The notes under the pieces were generated by a model, which searched no databases, was not told the DNA's origin, and saw only the letters and a list, made by a program, of their open reading frames with translations. The position numbers were made by a program, and so were the translations under genes. Below are positions 12,960 to 26,798 of a stretch of 64,000 nt of DNA, piece after piece. Within the stretch, counting starts at the first letter, position 1; each line of letters opens with the position of its first letter. This stretch comes from Felis catus (lineage: Eukaryota), in assembly GCF_018350175.1 (NCBI RefSeq), contig NC_058375.1:19530001-19594000 (forward strand), in the 5' to 3' direction.

Positions 12960-15320
12960 ATTTTTTGAGCATAGTTGTCTAACTTGTTATAATGGAAAAA
13001 TTCAGACATATACCAAAGTAGAATAGTGGACCCCATGTACCCAGCACCAGGTTTCAACAACTATCAACATTTTACCAATCTTCCTCCCTCTTTTTGTTTG
13101 CTATACTGCTTGTGGGGTTGTAAAGCATAGCGCAGACCTCATTACACTTTATCCGTAACACATCCATGTGCTATTCTAATTGAAAAAGGCTTTTATTTTC
13201 ACAGGCACTATGCCATTATTGCACCTAACGAAAAAGGACAAGAATTCCTTAATTTAACCTATCAGTCCATGTTCAAATTTCCCTGATTGTACCAAACATG
13301 TCTTTTGACAGTGGCTCGCTTGAATCAGGATCCAAATGAGGTTATTGCATTTGGCAAGTGTCTTGATTTTTATGCTTTAACGTTCTGTCTTCCTTTTGAA
13401 ATTTCACACCATGAATTTGTTGCAAAAACCAGGTCACTTGTGTAGTAGAATGTCCCACATTTTGAGTTTGGCTGATTATGGCTGATTTGTCTATCTCCCT
13501 TATTTCTGGTAAACGGGTAATTAGATCTTGGCTTGATTAGACTCAGCTTCTTTTTTGCTTTTTAAGGCAACAATATTTCTTGGAGAGCGCTGAATCCTGG
13601 TGATGTTAAGTTTGATCACTGGGTTCAGGCACTGTCAGCCTAAGCTTTCCATTACAAAATTCCCCAACACCCTTTATCCAATTGTTTTAGCATCATTTCA
13701 TGATCCTCACCTAGACTCATTACTTCACTAAGGTTTGCAAAATCATGATTTTCTAATCCTATCGTTTCTTTTGCATTTATTAGTCGGAGTTCTTCTACCA
13801 AAAAAATAACTTTTACCTACTATTTGCCTACGTACAATATAACCGGAGGAATGACCAGAAAAAAAATGTTTGATTATTTCCCTTTATCAATGTTCACAGT
13901 AATTAGTTGACTCCCTTTAAAACTCCATGGGTAACAAACATGCTGTTTTCCTTAAGTATCATTATTATTAACTAATGGGTTTTTATATATTTTATGTGTT
14001 ATAACCTACTGAAGTCATTATTGTTCTTTTAATGCCGAAATTGTTCCATCTTTGGCCAGTGGGACCCCTTCATATCGGTTCCTCAGTCATCCTTACGTGA
14101 CCCCAATAGTCTTTGATGGCTTCCTGGCTTCCAGGCATGAGATGATCCAGATCTGGAACCAGCCATTTATCTAAGGAGCCTTGATTCTCTTTGCTTTTTA
14201 CTTTTTTTGAAACTGGAAAATGGTATGTGGAGATCAAATCTGTGCATTAGGAGTGTTTGTTACTACTGGGTTCGTGATTGTTTCTAGGCCTTTTCAGCAG
14301 AGAGCTAGAAAACACATTTTTTAAGAGGACAATATGTACTTTGTTCATTCTGCTATCTAACTCAGATCTAAAATTATCCTAGGCTTAATATTTTTAACTT
14401 TTTCTCATATGTTGAAATTCTTGATGCCTAATGACATTAACATGCTTATTGACTTGATCTTTAAATATCTATCATAGTTTCAAAACAGCAGTGTCAATAT
14501 TACTACTAACAACGAGACTAGAAAGTGCAATTTAATATTTGTATGCAGTTCTAGTTGTCCTTCGACTATATCCCATTAGGGAAATACAGTCAAAATACAT
14601 ATAAAGCCACTTGAAATGATTTTCTCTGTGTAGTTTTGCCACCAATCTGACATGTAATGGCTCATTTGCTCCCATCTGTTTTTTATTTTTGTGGAGTGTT
14701 TTATTCTCTTTACTTAACTTTGTTTTATAAATATGCAAAACATTTACAAGTTTCCAAAACAGTCACTGTATCATAAAGTACATTCACAGAAGTCTCATTT
14801 CCGTCCCTGCCCTCTCCATCTCACAAAGGCAACCATTTTTAGAAGACTGGGGTTTATTCTTCCGTTGTCTAACTTGTAAATATAAGCAATTAATGTATAT
14901 TTACATCACTCCATTACTTATACAGAAGATAGCATCTAAACACTATTATGCATTTTATTTCACTAACAATATATATCGACATCACTCCAGGTTAGTATGT
15001 TTATTGGTATATGTAAGAAGTCTTTCATATATCTTTTTATAGCTGCCTAGCACTTTATCCTGTGCATGTACTGTAATTTATTCAGCCAGTTCTTTATTGA
15101 CATGTGAGCAGTTTCCAGTGTTTTGCTGTAAAAAATGCCATAATGAATAATAGCCTTGTGCACACCGCTTTTTGTATTTTTGCCAATGTATCACTAGGAC
15201 TGATTCTAAGAAGTTTAGGATTTGGCCTAGGATTGCTGGGTGAAATAGTAAATATATACGGAGAGTGGCTATGTGTTGCCAGATTTTCTTAATGAGTTAC
15301 ATTGTTTTGGCTCCTCACAA
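12960..15320 (-). mobile_element. Ancient L1 (L1MC/ME-like) fragments
   Basis: AT-rich decayed L1 3' sequence in reverse orientation (e.g. gtttccagtgttttgctgtaaaaaatgccataatgaata...ggattgctgggt). Confidence 0.55.
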
Positions 15321-16789
15321 GCAATGTAGTACTATCCTCAGGTGTGTTTTGGTCCCATATCAGATAGAGGAGGCTTCAGAGACGAATCATCGATAGATAA
15401 GATTCCTGTCCCCAGGAACTCTGTCTAGTGAAAGTCCTATGGGCAAACAAATAATGTTGTAACTTAATAAGCCAGGCAGATCTACCCTGAAGCTAATTGA
15501 AGCTTAAGCTTGAGTCCCCTATAGAGACACTTTCCAAGGTCTCAGCAGTGTGTTCGTGGAGCCATTCTGTAATGTTTTTCCTGAAGAGATACCCCAATTA
15601 TTTAAGCTTCAGCCTCCGTAACACGTTGATTTCACCTCACTGCCTATCTTTGGGGGTTCTGGGGATGGATTTCAAGTCTCAGTTCTGCAGTCAGCGTCAG
15701 ATGAGGGATTCCTGTATTTACCGACACAACAAAAGGAAAAAGGCTCTTCTGACCGGAAGAGATACCCCTCTCCTGATTCTGATCAGTTACCCACACAGGT
15801 AATAAGCCCTTCCATAGTTTCCCTCTACTTTCAAGGGCAGAAACAACCTTGGCTAGCGTCAGTATTCCCAGCAGACAGCTAAAGAATGGTAGATGGTACT
15901 TACAACAAAAGTCTGAACCGATTATAGAGCCGGGTATTGTTGGGTTTGGGGCAGGGTTGGGGGGGGGGGCGCGGGGAGGCAGTTACACCAGGAGAGTGGG
16001 TATTCAAAGCACACACACCCCACAAAAACACACCATTTGGTCAAATAAGGCAGAGGTCTGTTTCCTCACCTGTAAAAACAGGATTAGTAAACCTGCCCTT
16101 GTGAGGTTTGGTCAGGATTAGTAAAGCTAATTTCAAGACCTAACCCAGTCCCAGACTCTCGGGAGAAGGTCCATAAATAGAGGACAGAAAATAAAATGGG
16201 TAAGCGGTTGATCCTTGAGATTGGTGACAGGGATGCTTTGCACATCGTGCCAATGCACCACTGGGAGGAGGAACAGCCACTTTATTGACAAATAGTAGAT
16301 GCAGAATAAATTGGCAAAGAAGGAACGGACGTTTCTGGCGGCTGCTTACTGATCTGTGTAACTAACTGAATAATGGATTGGTCCGAGCCTCTGAGTCGCT
16401 GACAGTCCCGGGCTGGCTGTCAGGCGACTGAGGGCCGGGATCTGACGGACCGCTGTCAGTCTGGCCGCGAGAGTACAGCCGTCTTCGCGGTCCATCCCGG
16501 CCCCGGCTGCCTCGGACCGCCGCCCGTCGCCGCTCGCGGGTTGGATCCGGACTCCACGCGGGGGCAGCCGCCGGGCAGGGCGCCAGGGGCCGGCACCGCC
16601 TCCCCTTCCTCTCGGCGCCGGGCAGGGCGCCCCCGACTCCCGGCGGCCGGGGCCCGGGAACAATGAGGCGCCGGGTTCTTTAAGGGAGATACCACCGCGC
16701 CGGCGGGGCAGGGGACGGCGTCCTCCCAGATGATCGCACCCAGTCCCGCGCCGCCGCCGCCTGGGCAACTGCACCGTCCGCAAACATGG

Positions 16790-16977
16790 CTCAGTGACTC
16801 TGACAAAAGGTGCAGCCTCCCTCCCGGCGGGGCGGACGCCAGGCCTCCCAGCTCGGGCCGCGCCTCCCCGCGGGCCCGCCGAAGAGCTCCGCGTCCCGCA
16901 GGCACCCCAGGCCCGAGCCGAAGAAGATGCACCAGGCGTTCCGCCCCAGCGACCCCCGCACACCTGCCCGCAGCTCG
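16790..16977 (+). other. PDIK1L: Candidate alternative non-coding first exon of PDIK1L
   Basis: Donor-like TCG|GTAGGT at 16977/16978 inside the CpG island. The start position is a guess. Confidence 0.4.
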
Positions 16978-17379
16978 GTAGGTGGGAAGGGGGGCGGGGA
17001 GGGAGCGGGGAGGCCGCGCCGGGCGCGCGCACCCCCAGGCCCGGACCTGCTGCCGCAGACCATCCCAGGGGCCGCGGGCCGTGCGCGCCCGCTGCGGCTT
17101 TACGGATACCGAGTCCCGGCGTGCAGCGGCCTCCGCGTTCCCGGACCCGGCCACCCCTGCGGGGAGGGGCACTAGTGGTGCGTTCCGGGGCGCGCACACC
17201 TTCGGCGACTCCCGGCTCCTGAAAGCCTCGGGAGAGGGAGGAGGACGGCGGAGCGCGGGGCGCGCGCCCAATAAGGATGGCGCTCGGCGTCCCGGCTCGC
17301 GCTACGGAAAGCCGGAGGGGGGCGGGGCCGCACGGCGTAAGGGGGTGTGTCCGCGCGCACCACGGGGGCGCGCGCCGGT

Positions 17380-17475
17380 CTCTGACTGGAGGCCGCCGCG
17401 GCTGAGGCGCGAGCTGCCCGATAATGGCGGCCTGCAGAGCCCGTGAGAGGGAGAAGCGGCGGCGGCTACCCTGAG
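17380..17475 (+). other. PDIK1L: PDIK1L 5'UTR first exon (contains a uORF)
   Basis: Donor GAG|GTAAAT at 17475/17476, downstream of CCAAT/GC boxes. TSS approximate. Confidence 0.65.
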
Positions 17476-18639
17476 GTAAATCTGGCCCTTAAGGCCTGGC
17501 AGAGAGGCCCTGCTGCAGAGCCGAGAGCCCTGCATGCGCCTCCCTCCCCGGGAGGCCTGTCACAGACCTGTCAGCGGAGTCCTCCTAGGGAAGGCCTCCG
17601 GCCCGCACTCCTCAGGCCACCGGCCCCGGCTGCGGCCTCCCTTTCTGCCCCTGGCCTCCTGCCCAGGCTCTGGGCCTCAGCCGCCAGCCCCAGGAGTCAG
17701 GGCAGCTGCAGGACTGGCTCCTCGGGGTGAAGGGCCTCGGGAGGATCCCCTCCGGGTTTGGTCAGGACGCCGCCGAGGAGGGGGAGGGCCTGATCCTCGG
17801 CCAATGAGCGGGGCGCTGAGCCGCCGCGTCGGGCAACACCTCTGCCCAGGGCTGGCCCTTCCCGGGCCCGGCAGGTGTGGGGCCGGGCCGGCCGGCGGCC
17901 CGGCGCTGGGCTAGCAGGGCCGGCGCGAGGGTCCGGGAAGGGCCGGCCGGCCGCTCAGGTTCGCATCCAGGGATCTCATACGCGCCCTCCCTCCCGCTTA
18001 TTGGGGTGCCCTTTCGTGTGGGGGTACGGGCCAGCCTGCAGGCCACGAGCCACTTTGACACGGATAGTAATGGGCGATCCACGGAGAGCGGGAAAGAAAG
18101 GCTGCTGTGGACCTGGGGCACGGATTCCGTGGCAGGAAATCAGACACTAGGAAATGCAATAGGAATTTGAACGGGGGGGGGGGGGGTTCCAGTTAGAGGA
18201 AGTGGGACGAAGAAGTAATCTCAGAAGCTTTCATTTTCTTTATTAAATCTTCCCTATGGACTTAGAGTAGCTGGACCCAGTTTTTCAGGGTCAAGAGTCA
18301 GTAGCTTCTTGTACCCCCCAAACTGTCCGCTGTGAAGATTGCACGATCTCTTGCGCATCGTGGCCAGCTGCAAATGAGATTTGTTCCCGAAGCTCGTGAG
18401 AATCGCAACATTTTTTGGAGAATGAGGTGGCATGCTTTCGACTTTCTTGATACAACTCACGAGCATTTCTGGGTAGGGCCTTTGCTTCTGCCTTTAAATG
18501 ATTTTTCAAGTTGAAAGATCTCTGCCAGAGAGCCCCTTCATGTGGAGGAGAAGGTTTTGGTGGCAAAAATGGTCTAGATCTAAATAGCTGTTGTCAAACT
18601 CACCAACAGAAAGGTAACCATATTCTAAGTAGCTTGTTT

Positions 18640-18868
18640 TATTTTATTTTGTTAAGTTTATTTATTTTGAGAGAGCGCGAGCTTGGGTGGGAAAGGGGCA
18701 GAGGGAGGGAAGGAGGGGGAGAGAGAGAGAGAAAGGGAAAGAGAATCTTTAGTAGGCTGCATATTCAGCGCAGAGCCAGATGCAGGGCTCAATCCCAGGA
18801 TTCTGGGATCATGACCTGAGCCAAAGTCAAGAATCTGTTGCTCAACCTATTCAGCCACCCAGGCGCTT
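18640..18868 (-). mobile_element. CanSINE in PDIK1L intron 1
   Basis: Reverse SINE ending agccacccaggcgc. Confidence 0.85.
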
Positions 18869-19244
18869 GCTTTATTTTTAAAAGACCATTTTTCTCCACA
18901 AACTTTCTTTTCATTTATTTTGCAAGAAATGAGGAAATAACATAAAATTAAATTAAGGACATATACAGTTTGACAGTTTACTTAAAAAAAAAAAAAAGAA
19001 CAACTACACATTTTCAGTTCTATATGTAATGTGGTTCACTTTCAGTCCTTAAGCCCAAGCCAGGTGTTTGTATTTCTAACTGTGGGGGTTTTTTGTTTTT
19101 GTGTTGACATTTTTATGAACTTGTGTGTGTGTGTCAGCTTTAAGGAGAAGCTGGAGTTTTGTTTATCATTTTTACTTACTGATCAAGAAAAAACAAATTT
19201 TTTGGTTTGTTTTTAACAGTAATATTTTGAAGCAGTTTGTGTAA

Positions 19245-19497
19245 GAGGCAGTATAACGTAGTGGTTACAGTTATGAGGGTCAGAGCCGGATGACCTGGTT
19301 TCAAATCCCAGGTCCACCAGTTGGTAGCTGTTTGACCTTAGACATGTTGCTTAAACTGTGCTTTAGTTTTCTCATCTATAAAATGACCATAATAGTGTCT
19401 GCTTCAAAATATTGTTGTGAGGATTAAATGAATTTAATATTATAAAGTGCTTGGAACAGTTCCTGATACATGGTAAGTACTACCTAAATGTTAGCTG

Positions 19498-19529
<32 letters not shown>
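19245..19529 (+). mobile_element. MIR followed by (TTA)n
   Basis: Near full-length MIR (ggtttcaaatccca...tttctcatctataaaatg...gtgaggattaaatga) with a TTA repeat at 19500-19529. Confidence 0.8.
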
Positions 19530-19530
<1 letters not shown>

Positions 19531-19690
19531 AATATTTAGATTTGCCTAAGTTATAACAGTTACCCTTCAAGCGGTACAAACAGTGAAACAGATAACTAAA
19601 TCATACATAAGAAGGTATATAAGCCAGTAAGTATACTTAATTTCAACAGAGCAAACTTTGTTGATTTTTCCNNNNNNNNNNNNNNNNNNN

Positions 19691-20008
<318 letters not shown>

Positions 20009-21029
20009 TGAACATAGCATTGGTCAGCAAAAAGAGAAATAAAAGCGTCAGATAAACTTGTACTTTTAAATGCAGGTGTTTATATAGTTAGGAGTAGATA
20101 GGGGTCTGCCAAGAACTGAGTAGATGTTTGCTTTAAAACAAGGTTTTATTTAAACCTATGATGCAAATACCTAAAAATAACATAAGCCACCTGTTATGCC
20201 ATGATACTTGCCAATCTGCATGGGAATGGGGCAGTGTAGGAACTAGAGAAGTGATTGAGATCAGAGTCTAATAAATTCATTTATTTGAAATCAATCTTTT
20301 GGGGAACTGAAGACAGAAGAAATGAAAACTCCACAATCAATAGCAGTACCCATATAGATAATTGGGCATTTCTTTATAAATCAGTAGTTTGAACAAAAGC
20401 CTCTGCTGTTTTAGAGGGTTACGTGGTTTCTTAACCATGCAACTCCAGTTAATTTTCATGAGGTATGTGGCATAGCACTTGAATGTTATTAATAGTGCTA
20501 GTAGCTAACGTTTGGGTTCCTACTCAGTTCTGTGTTCTGTGCTAAGTGCTTTAAAGGCAGTTGCTCAGAACGGTCTTGTGAAGGTGGTATTATTATTATC
20601 ATCATTACAAATGAAGAAACTGAGGCTTAGAATAAATAATGAATTTATTAAAGTCGCCTATCTAGCAAGTGACAGAATTGGAAGCTGAATATAGGAGACT
20701 ATCTGACTGCTAAAACTTGTGCTCCCTTAACTTCCAAATTACTCTTGCCTCCAAATTACTTTTTTTGTAGACCTGGAGAAAGCATTAACATAGGAAAACA
20801 GAAAAGATTTGCTAGATTTTTTTAGGTTGGCTTCTGACATAGATCAAAATCTCTAGGAGGCCTATACTTGCTGCATAGAAAAGGTATTTAAAACATAGGT
20901 AGTTAAAGGCCCAACGAAAATTTCTTAAGTCCAGTCATTCTTGGAAAAAGAAATAACTTTCTATGAGTATGTCTAAATTCAGAATTTACCATCAGGGTAC
21001 AGAAGTATGATTTTAAAATAACAAAAGCT

Positions 21030-21270
21030 GGGGCGCCTGGGTGGCGCAGTCGGTTAAGCGTCGGACTTCAGCCAGGTCACGATCTCGCGGTCTGGGAGTT
21101 CGAGCCCCGCGTCAGGCTATGGGCTGATGGCTCAGAGCCTGGAGCCTGTTTCTGATTCTGTGTCTCCCTCTCTCTCTGCCCCTCCCCCGTTCATGCTCTG
21201 TCTCTCTCTGTCCCAAAAAAATAAATAAACGTTGGAAAAAAAAAAAAAAATTAAAAAAAAAAAAAAAAAA
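21030..21270 (+). mobile_element. Young felid SINE (SINEC_Fc)
   Basis: Full length, long A tail, TSD aaaagct. Confidence 0.92.
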
Positions 21271-21719
21271 GCTTTTGGACTAGGAACAACAAGGGAGACA
21301 AACACATTAATCTGTATAATTAGAAACCTGCAGGTTTCATCATATGGTAAACAAATATCAATCTTGAGAACCTAATTTATATCGTAGTTTAGCATGCTCT
21401 GCCATGAAACCTCTTAAGGCAGTGACTATAAAGCCCAACTATTTAGCCTCTATTTGATTTATTATTTACATTTCTAAAAGTGCTTATTATGTCCGTTGCA
21501 CTGATAGGAAATATTAGAAACAGTCTCACCACATTCCCTCTTAAAAGTGAATAGGACCTTGCTGAACTTTGCGTTGAATTTTGGAGACCAAGATATATAA
21601 TCTCTCTTGGACTACAGATACAAAGACGTTTAAATAAATGACTTATTGCTGATGGTATCCTTGATCCAGATCAAGCAACCTTCATAGTAACTAGGCATTA
21701 GGTGGTCTTTCAAGGCTTT

Positions 21720-21941
21720 TTTTTAAATTTTTTTTTTTCAACGTTTATTTATTTTTGGGACAGAGAGAGACAGAGCATGAACGGGGGAGGGGCAGAGAGA
21801 GAGGGAGACACAGAATCGGAAACAGGCTCCAGGCTCTGAGCCATCAGCCCAGAGCCCGACACGGGGCTCGAACTCACGGACCGCGAGATCGTGACCTGGC
21901 TGAAGTCGAACGCTTAACCGACTGCGCCACCCAGGCGCCCC
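21720..21941 (-). mobile_element. Young felid SINE (SINEC_Fc)
   Basis: Full length; TSD tcaaggcttt at 21710-21719 and 21942-21951. Confidence 0.92.
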
Positions 21942-22655
21942 TCAAGGCTTTAAGATGTAAAGTACTTCCAGACTTGATTCAGTGATTTTTTTTTTTTTTA
22001 ATCTAAAGCACCTTTTTATTTGTACTCTTACATCTTTGAAAGCTTGGTAGACCTGTGTTCGACTTGTAGCACTTTTGCTAGCTGTATGACCTTGGCTAAA
22101 TAGCTCATGTCTTCCTAGCATCTGTATCTTCAGACGTAAAATAGAAATAATAATTTTTACCTTCCATGGGAGTTGTCAAAATTAGAGATGATGCAGGTAT
22201 AATATTTGGCACATAGGAAGTACTCAATAGTAGGTCATTGTTAAAATTGTCTTTTCTATGGATTTATTTAGTTCACCAGACATTGATCAACACATTTGGC
22301 AAATACCTTCTCTAAATTTACGTCTGATAAAAACAATTAAATCTATAATGTGACCACAGAGTCCCTATCCCTGGCTTTCTCATTCTTTACACGAATTTTT
22401 GTTTTTCTCTGTGTTTTTCTAAGTATTTTCCTTGTTCTAGAAGATTAAACCAGTTCCTAATAGCTAAAAACCTTACCTAGAAGAAAATGTAAAACAAATA
22501 ATTAACAGAGGATGTAGTCTCACCGTAGGAACTTAGTGGCCAGTCTGTATAATTTATAATAAGTGTCGTGAATGAGAGGTACAGGATGATATAGGAGCAT
22601 ATGATAGAGAACCGGACATAATTCTGGGGTTCAGGAATTATGAACTTTCAACTGA

Positions 22656-22846
22656 GGGATACCTGGGTGGTTCAGTTGGTTAAGCCTCTGACTTCAGCTC
22701 AGGTCTTATCTCATGGTTTGTGGGTTCCAGTCACACGTCAGGCTTTACACTGACAGTGTGGAGCCTGCTTGGGATTCTCTCTCTCTCCTTCTCTCTCTGC
22801 CCCTCCCCCACTGTCTCTCAAATATATATACATACATACACACACA
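22656..22846 (+). mobile_element. CanSINE within an L2 remnant
   Basis: SINE head and (CT)n; tail decayed to TA/CA repeats. Confidence 0.8.
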
Positions 22847-23209
22847 CAGGAACTGTTTCAACTGAAACAGTGGAAACATGAAAGATAAAGAGGAGTTAGC
22901 CAGGTAAGTGAGTGAGAAAACTTCACAGCCAGAAAGAACTGTACGTACAAATATCTTAAAGCAAAAAGTACAAAACATTCTAAGAAGTGAAAGAAGATAA
23001 TAAGGCTATACTATACTGGGAGAGTTGTTTTAGATGAGACTGGAAATATCAGCAAGGTTAGAGGATCCCATAGCCCATGTTAAAGAGCTTAGATTGTATC
23101 CTAAGAGATCAGGGAAGCTATTGAAGGACTTGAGCCAAGAGAACCTATGGCTGATGACATCCTCTACACGTGGAAATAAGCAGATTGGGCACTGTACTTC
23201 TATAGGTCT

Positions 23210-23810
23210 CAACCAGTGACCCTCAAACTATAGCCCTCAGCTAGTTTTTATATGGCCCAGATGCTAAAAATAGTTTTTACTTTTTTTTTTTAAGTTTGTT
23301 TATTCATTTTGAGAGAGAGAAAGAATGTGAGCGGGGGAGGTGCAGAGAGCTAGGGAGACAGAATCCCAAGCAGGCTCCGCTCTGCCAGCGCAGAGCCTCA
23401 CGTGGGTCTCAGTCCCACAAACTGTGAGATCATGATCTGAGCTGAAATCAAGTCAGGCACTTAATGGACGGAGCCACCAGGCACACCTAATTTTTAGCGT
23501 TTGTTTTTTTTTTTAATGTTTATTTATTTTTGAAAGAAAGAGTGTGGGAGGAGGGGCAGAGTGAGAGGGGGACAAAGAAACTCCTCGCTGTCAGCAGAGA
23601 GCCCAGAGAGCCTGGTGCAAGGCTTGAACTCACAAACCATGAGATCATGACCTGAGCCAAAGTCAGACACAACTGACTGAGCCACCCAGGTGCCCCCAGT
23701 TTTTACATTTTTAAAGAGTTTTTAAGAAAAAGAAAAAAAATGAAAAAGAATATGAAACAGAGACCTTATGTGGCTTATCAAGCCTAAAATATTTACTTAT
23801 CTGGCCTTAT
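23210..23810. mobile_element. MER58-like DNA transposon split by two reverse CanSINEs (23281-23487, 23500-23698)
   Basis: caaactatagcc...gctaaaaatagtttttac / tttacatttttaaa...agcctaaaatatttacttatctggcc flank the two SINEs. Confidence 0.7.
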
Positions 23811-24231
23811 TCTAAACCATTCTTTGAATGGACTTTGACCATTACTTATCTGGCCTTTATTCTAAACCATTCTTTGAATGGTTTAGGACTCTGCATTGCT
23901 CAAAGCTATTTAGGAAGTTTGATTTTGAGAGTAAAGACAGAAGAGAGGAAATGAAGGAGTGATGACGCTGGTCTTTAATCTCAGCATATTTAGTAATAGT
24001 GCACTTGGTAAATAATTGTGTGATCTGTACCTTTCTAGACTGTTCTGGCTCACTGGCAAACACATACAACAAAGAAAATGCATGCCAAAGACATCTGCAG
24101 ACAGTTGCAATTACAGCTGTTTGCCATTGGGGGAGATGGCATGAAAAGGTGCTCTTTGCTTCTGCCCTCCAAAATGACAAGAGGACGTACTAGTGGACTT
24201 AAACGTAAAATTAGCAGTTCATTCATTCTTT

Positions 24232-24444
24232 TAAAAATTTTTTTTAATATTTACTTATTTTTGAGAGAGAGACCGAATGCAGGTGGGTTAGGGGCAGAGA
24301 GAGAGGGAGACAGAATCTGAAGCAGGCTCCAGGCTCTGAGCTGTCAGCACAGAGCCCAACGCGGGGCTCGAACTCACAGGCCATGAGATCATGACCTGAG
24401 CCAAAGTCAGAGGCTCATCTGACTGAGCCACCCAGGTGCCCCCC
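24232..24444 (-). mobile_element. CanSINE
   Basis: TSD cagttcattcattcttt on both sides. Confidence 0.9.
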
Positions 24445-25017
24445 CAGTTCATTCATTCTTTAACAACTCTTCATCTTCCCTACTGAGCTTCTATTCAGTG
24501 GGTTTGAAAAGGACACTATGGGACAAATGCTTTCAAAGCACTGTATCTATATTTTAGAATGACAATTCATATTCAGTGAAGTAATATTCTTGAATTTAAG
24601 GTAATAGAGTTATAGTTAGATAATCATAACAAATGAAATAGCAATTTGTTCTAGGTTTTCAGCTTGTATAAAAGAAATCTACAAACTCAGATTTGAATTT
24701 TTATTTCAAAATGTAAATGTTTTTTTATAAATTGGTTTTAGAAGCCTCCAGTGATTGCCAATGTATTTGCGTTCTGCCTGTAGAAGTTTATGAAACAATA
24801 ATGTCAGTCTTTATTTTTATCAGTGGCTACAGGAAGGCTTTATTTCTGTAACAACTAGTGTTCCTTGATCATTTTTCTCTTAATATCACAGATTATTTGA
24901 TAGTGTATGTCCAGTGAACAAGAAAGTTATTTCAGGCCATTTAATTGAATAGAAATTCCTAATGGATGTTTATATCCCAGCTGGCAGTCTCCCAGATCTG
25001 GCTGCTGAAACTTTGAC

Positions 25018-25995
25018 TTTTTTTTTTTTAATGTTTATTTATTTCTGAGACAGAGCATGAGTGGGGGAGAGGCAGAGAGAGAGGGAGACACAGAATCCGA
25101 TGCAGGCTCCAGGCTCTGAGCTGTCAGCACAGAGCCCGACACGGGGCTCAAACTCATGAACCATGAGATCGTGGCCAGAGCCAAAGTCGGTTGCTCAACC
25201 AACTGAGCCACCCAGGCGCCCCAAAAACTTTGACTTTTTCATGAAGCTATTAGCTAGGTGGGTAGAGTTCAGCTCCATTAACACACACACAAAATGTATA
25301 GCCAGTTGGACACTTTTCAAAATAAAACTATTGATTGAGTGATTGATTGTAAGTTCTGTACCCAATGTGGGGCTTGAACTCATGACCCTGAGATAAGGAG
25401 TCCTATGTTCTACCAACTAAGCCAGCTAGGCACCCCTAAAGCTATTTAATTTTTTAAAAAAAATTTTTTTTAATGTTTATTTTTTTGAGAGAGAGCATGA
25501 GCAGGGAAGGGGCAGAGAGAGAGGGAGACACAGAATCTGGAAGCAGGCTCCAGGCTCTGAGCTGTCAGAACAGGGTCTGATGCGGAGCTCCAACTCACCC
25601 ACCATGAGATCATGACCTGAGCTGAAGTCAGATGCTTAACCGACTGAGCCACCCAGGCACCCCAAGCCATTTTATTGAAGTTTAAAATAAAATGCACATA
25701 TAAAAGCACTGACCAAATAAAACATTCATGGAATTTCCACTTAAAATTGGGAGTCTCACTTAACCAGTCACTTATTTTCTATAGCTGAATTTTAATTTTT
25801 TAAATGTTTTTTATTTATTTTTGAGAGAGAGCGTGAGCAGGGAGAACAGAGGGAGAGGGGACACAGAATCCAAAGCAGGCTCCAGGCTCTGAGTTGTCAG
25901 CAAAGAGCCCGACGCAGGGCCCAAACCCACAAACTGTGAGATCATGACCTGAGTTGAAGTTGGACCCTTAACCGACTGAGCCACCCAGGTGCCCC
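25018..25995 (-). mobile_element. Four reverse CanSINEs (25018-25222, 25330-25437, 25450-25663, 25795-25995)
   Basis: SINE bodies; the last has TSD tatagctgaatttta (25780-25794, 25996-26010). Confidence 0.88.
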
Positions 25996-26057
25996 TATAG
26001 CTGAATTTTATAAATTGTGCAGATGATTGTAATCCATTTATTTTTTCCCTCTTATAG

Positions 26058-26798
<741 letters not shown>

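Larger units (their letters stand above)
16400..18130. promoter_or_regulatory. PDIK1L: CpG island / PDIK1L promoter
   Basis: Very GC- and CpG-rich stretch with GC boxes, CCAAT (~17268) and a YY1-like ATAATGGCGGC (17421-17431), upstream of the PDIK1L coding exons. Confidence 0.9.

Noticed and set aside
1-16000. TRIM63 exons expected by synteny upstream of PDIK1L
   Set aside because: I see no RING/B-box coding sequence in this interval; the gene probably lies outside the window.
16346-18170. Long overlapping ORFs (up to 283 aa) on both strands in the PDIK1L CpG island
   Set aside because: Low-complexity Arg/Gly/Pro/Ala content, mostly non-ATG starts and no recognisable domain; expected from stop-codon scarcity in GC-rich DNA.
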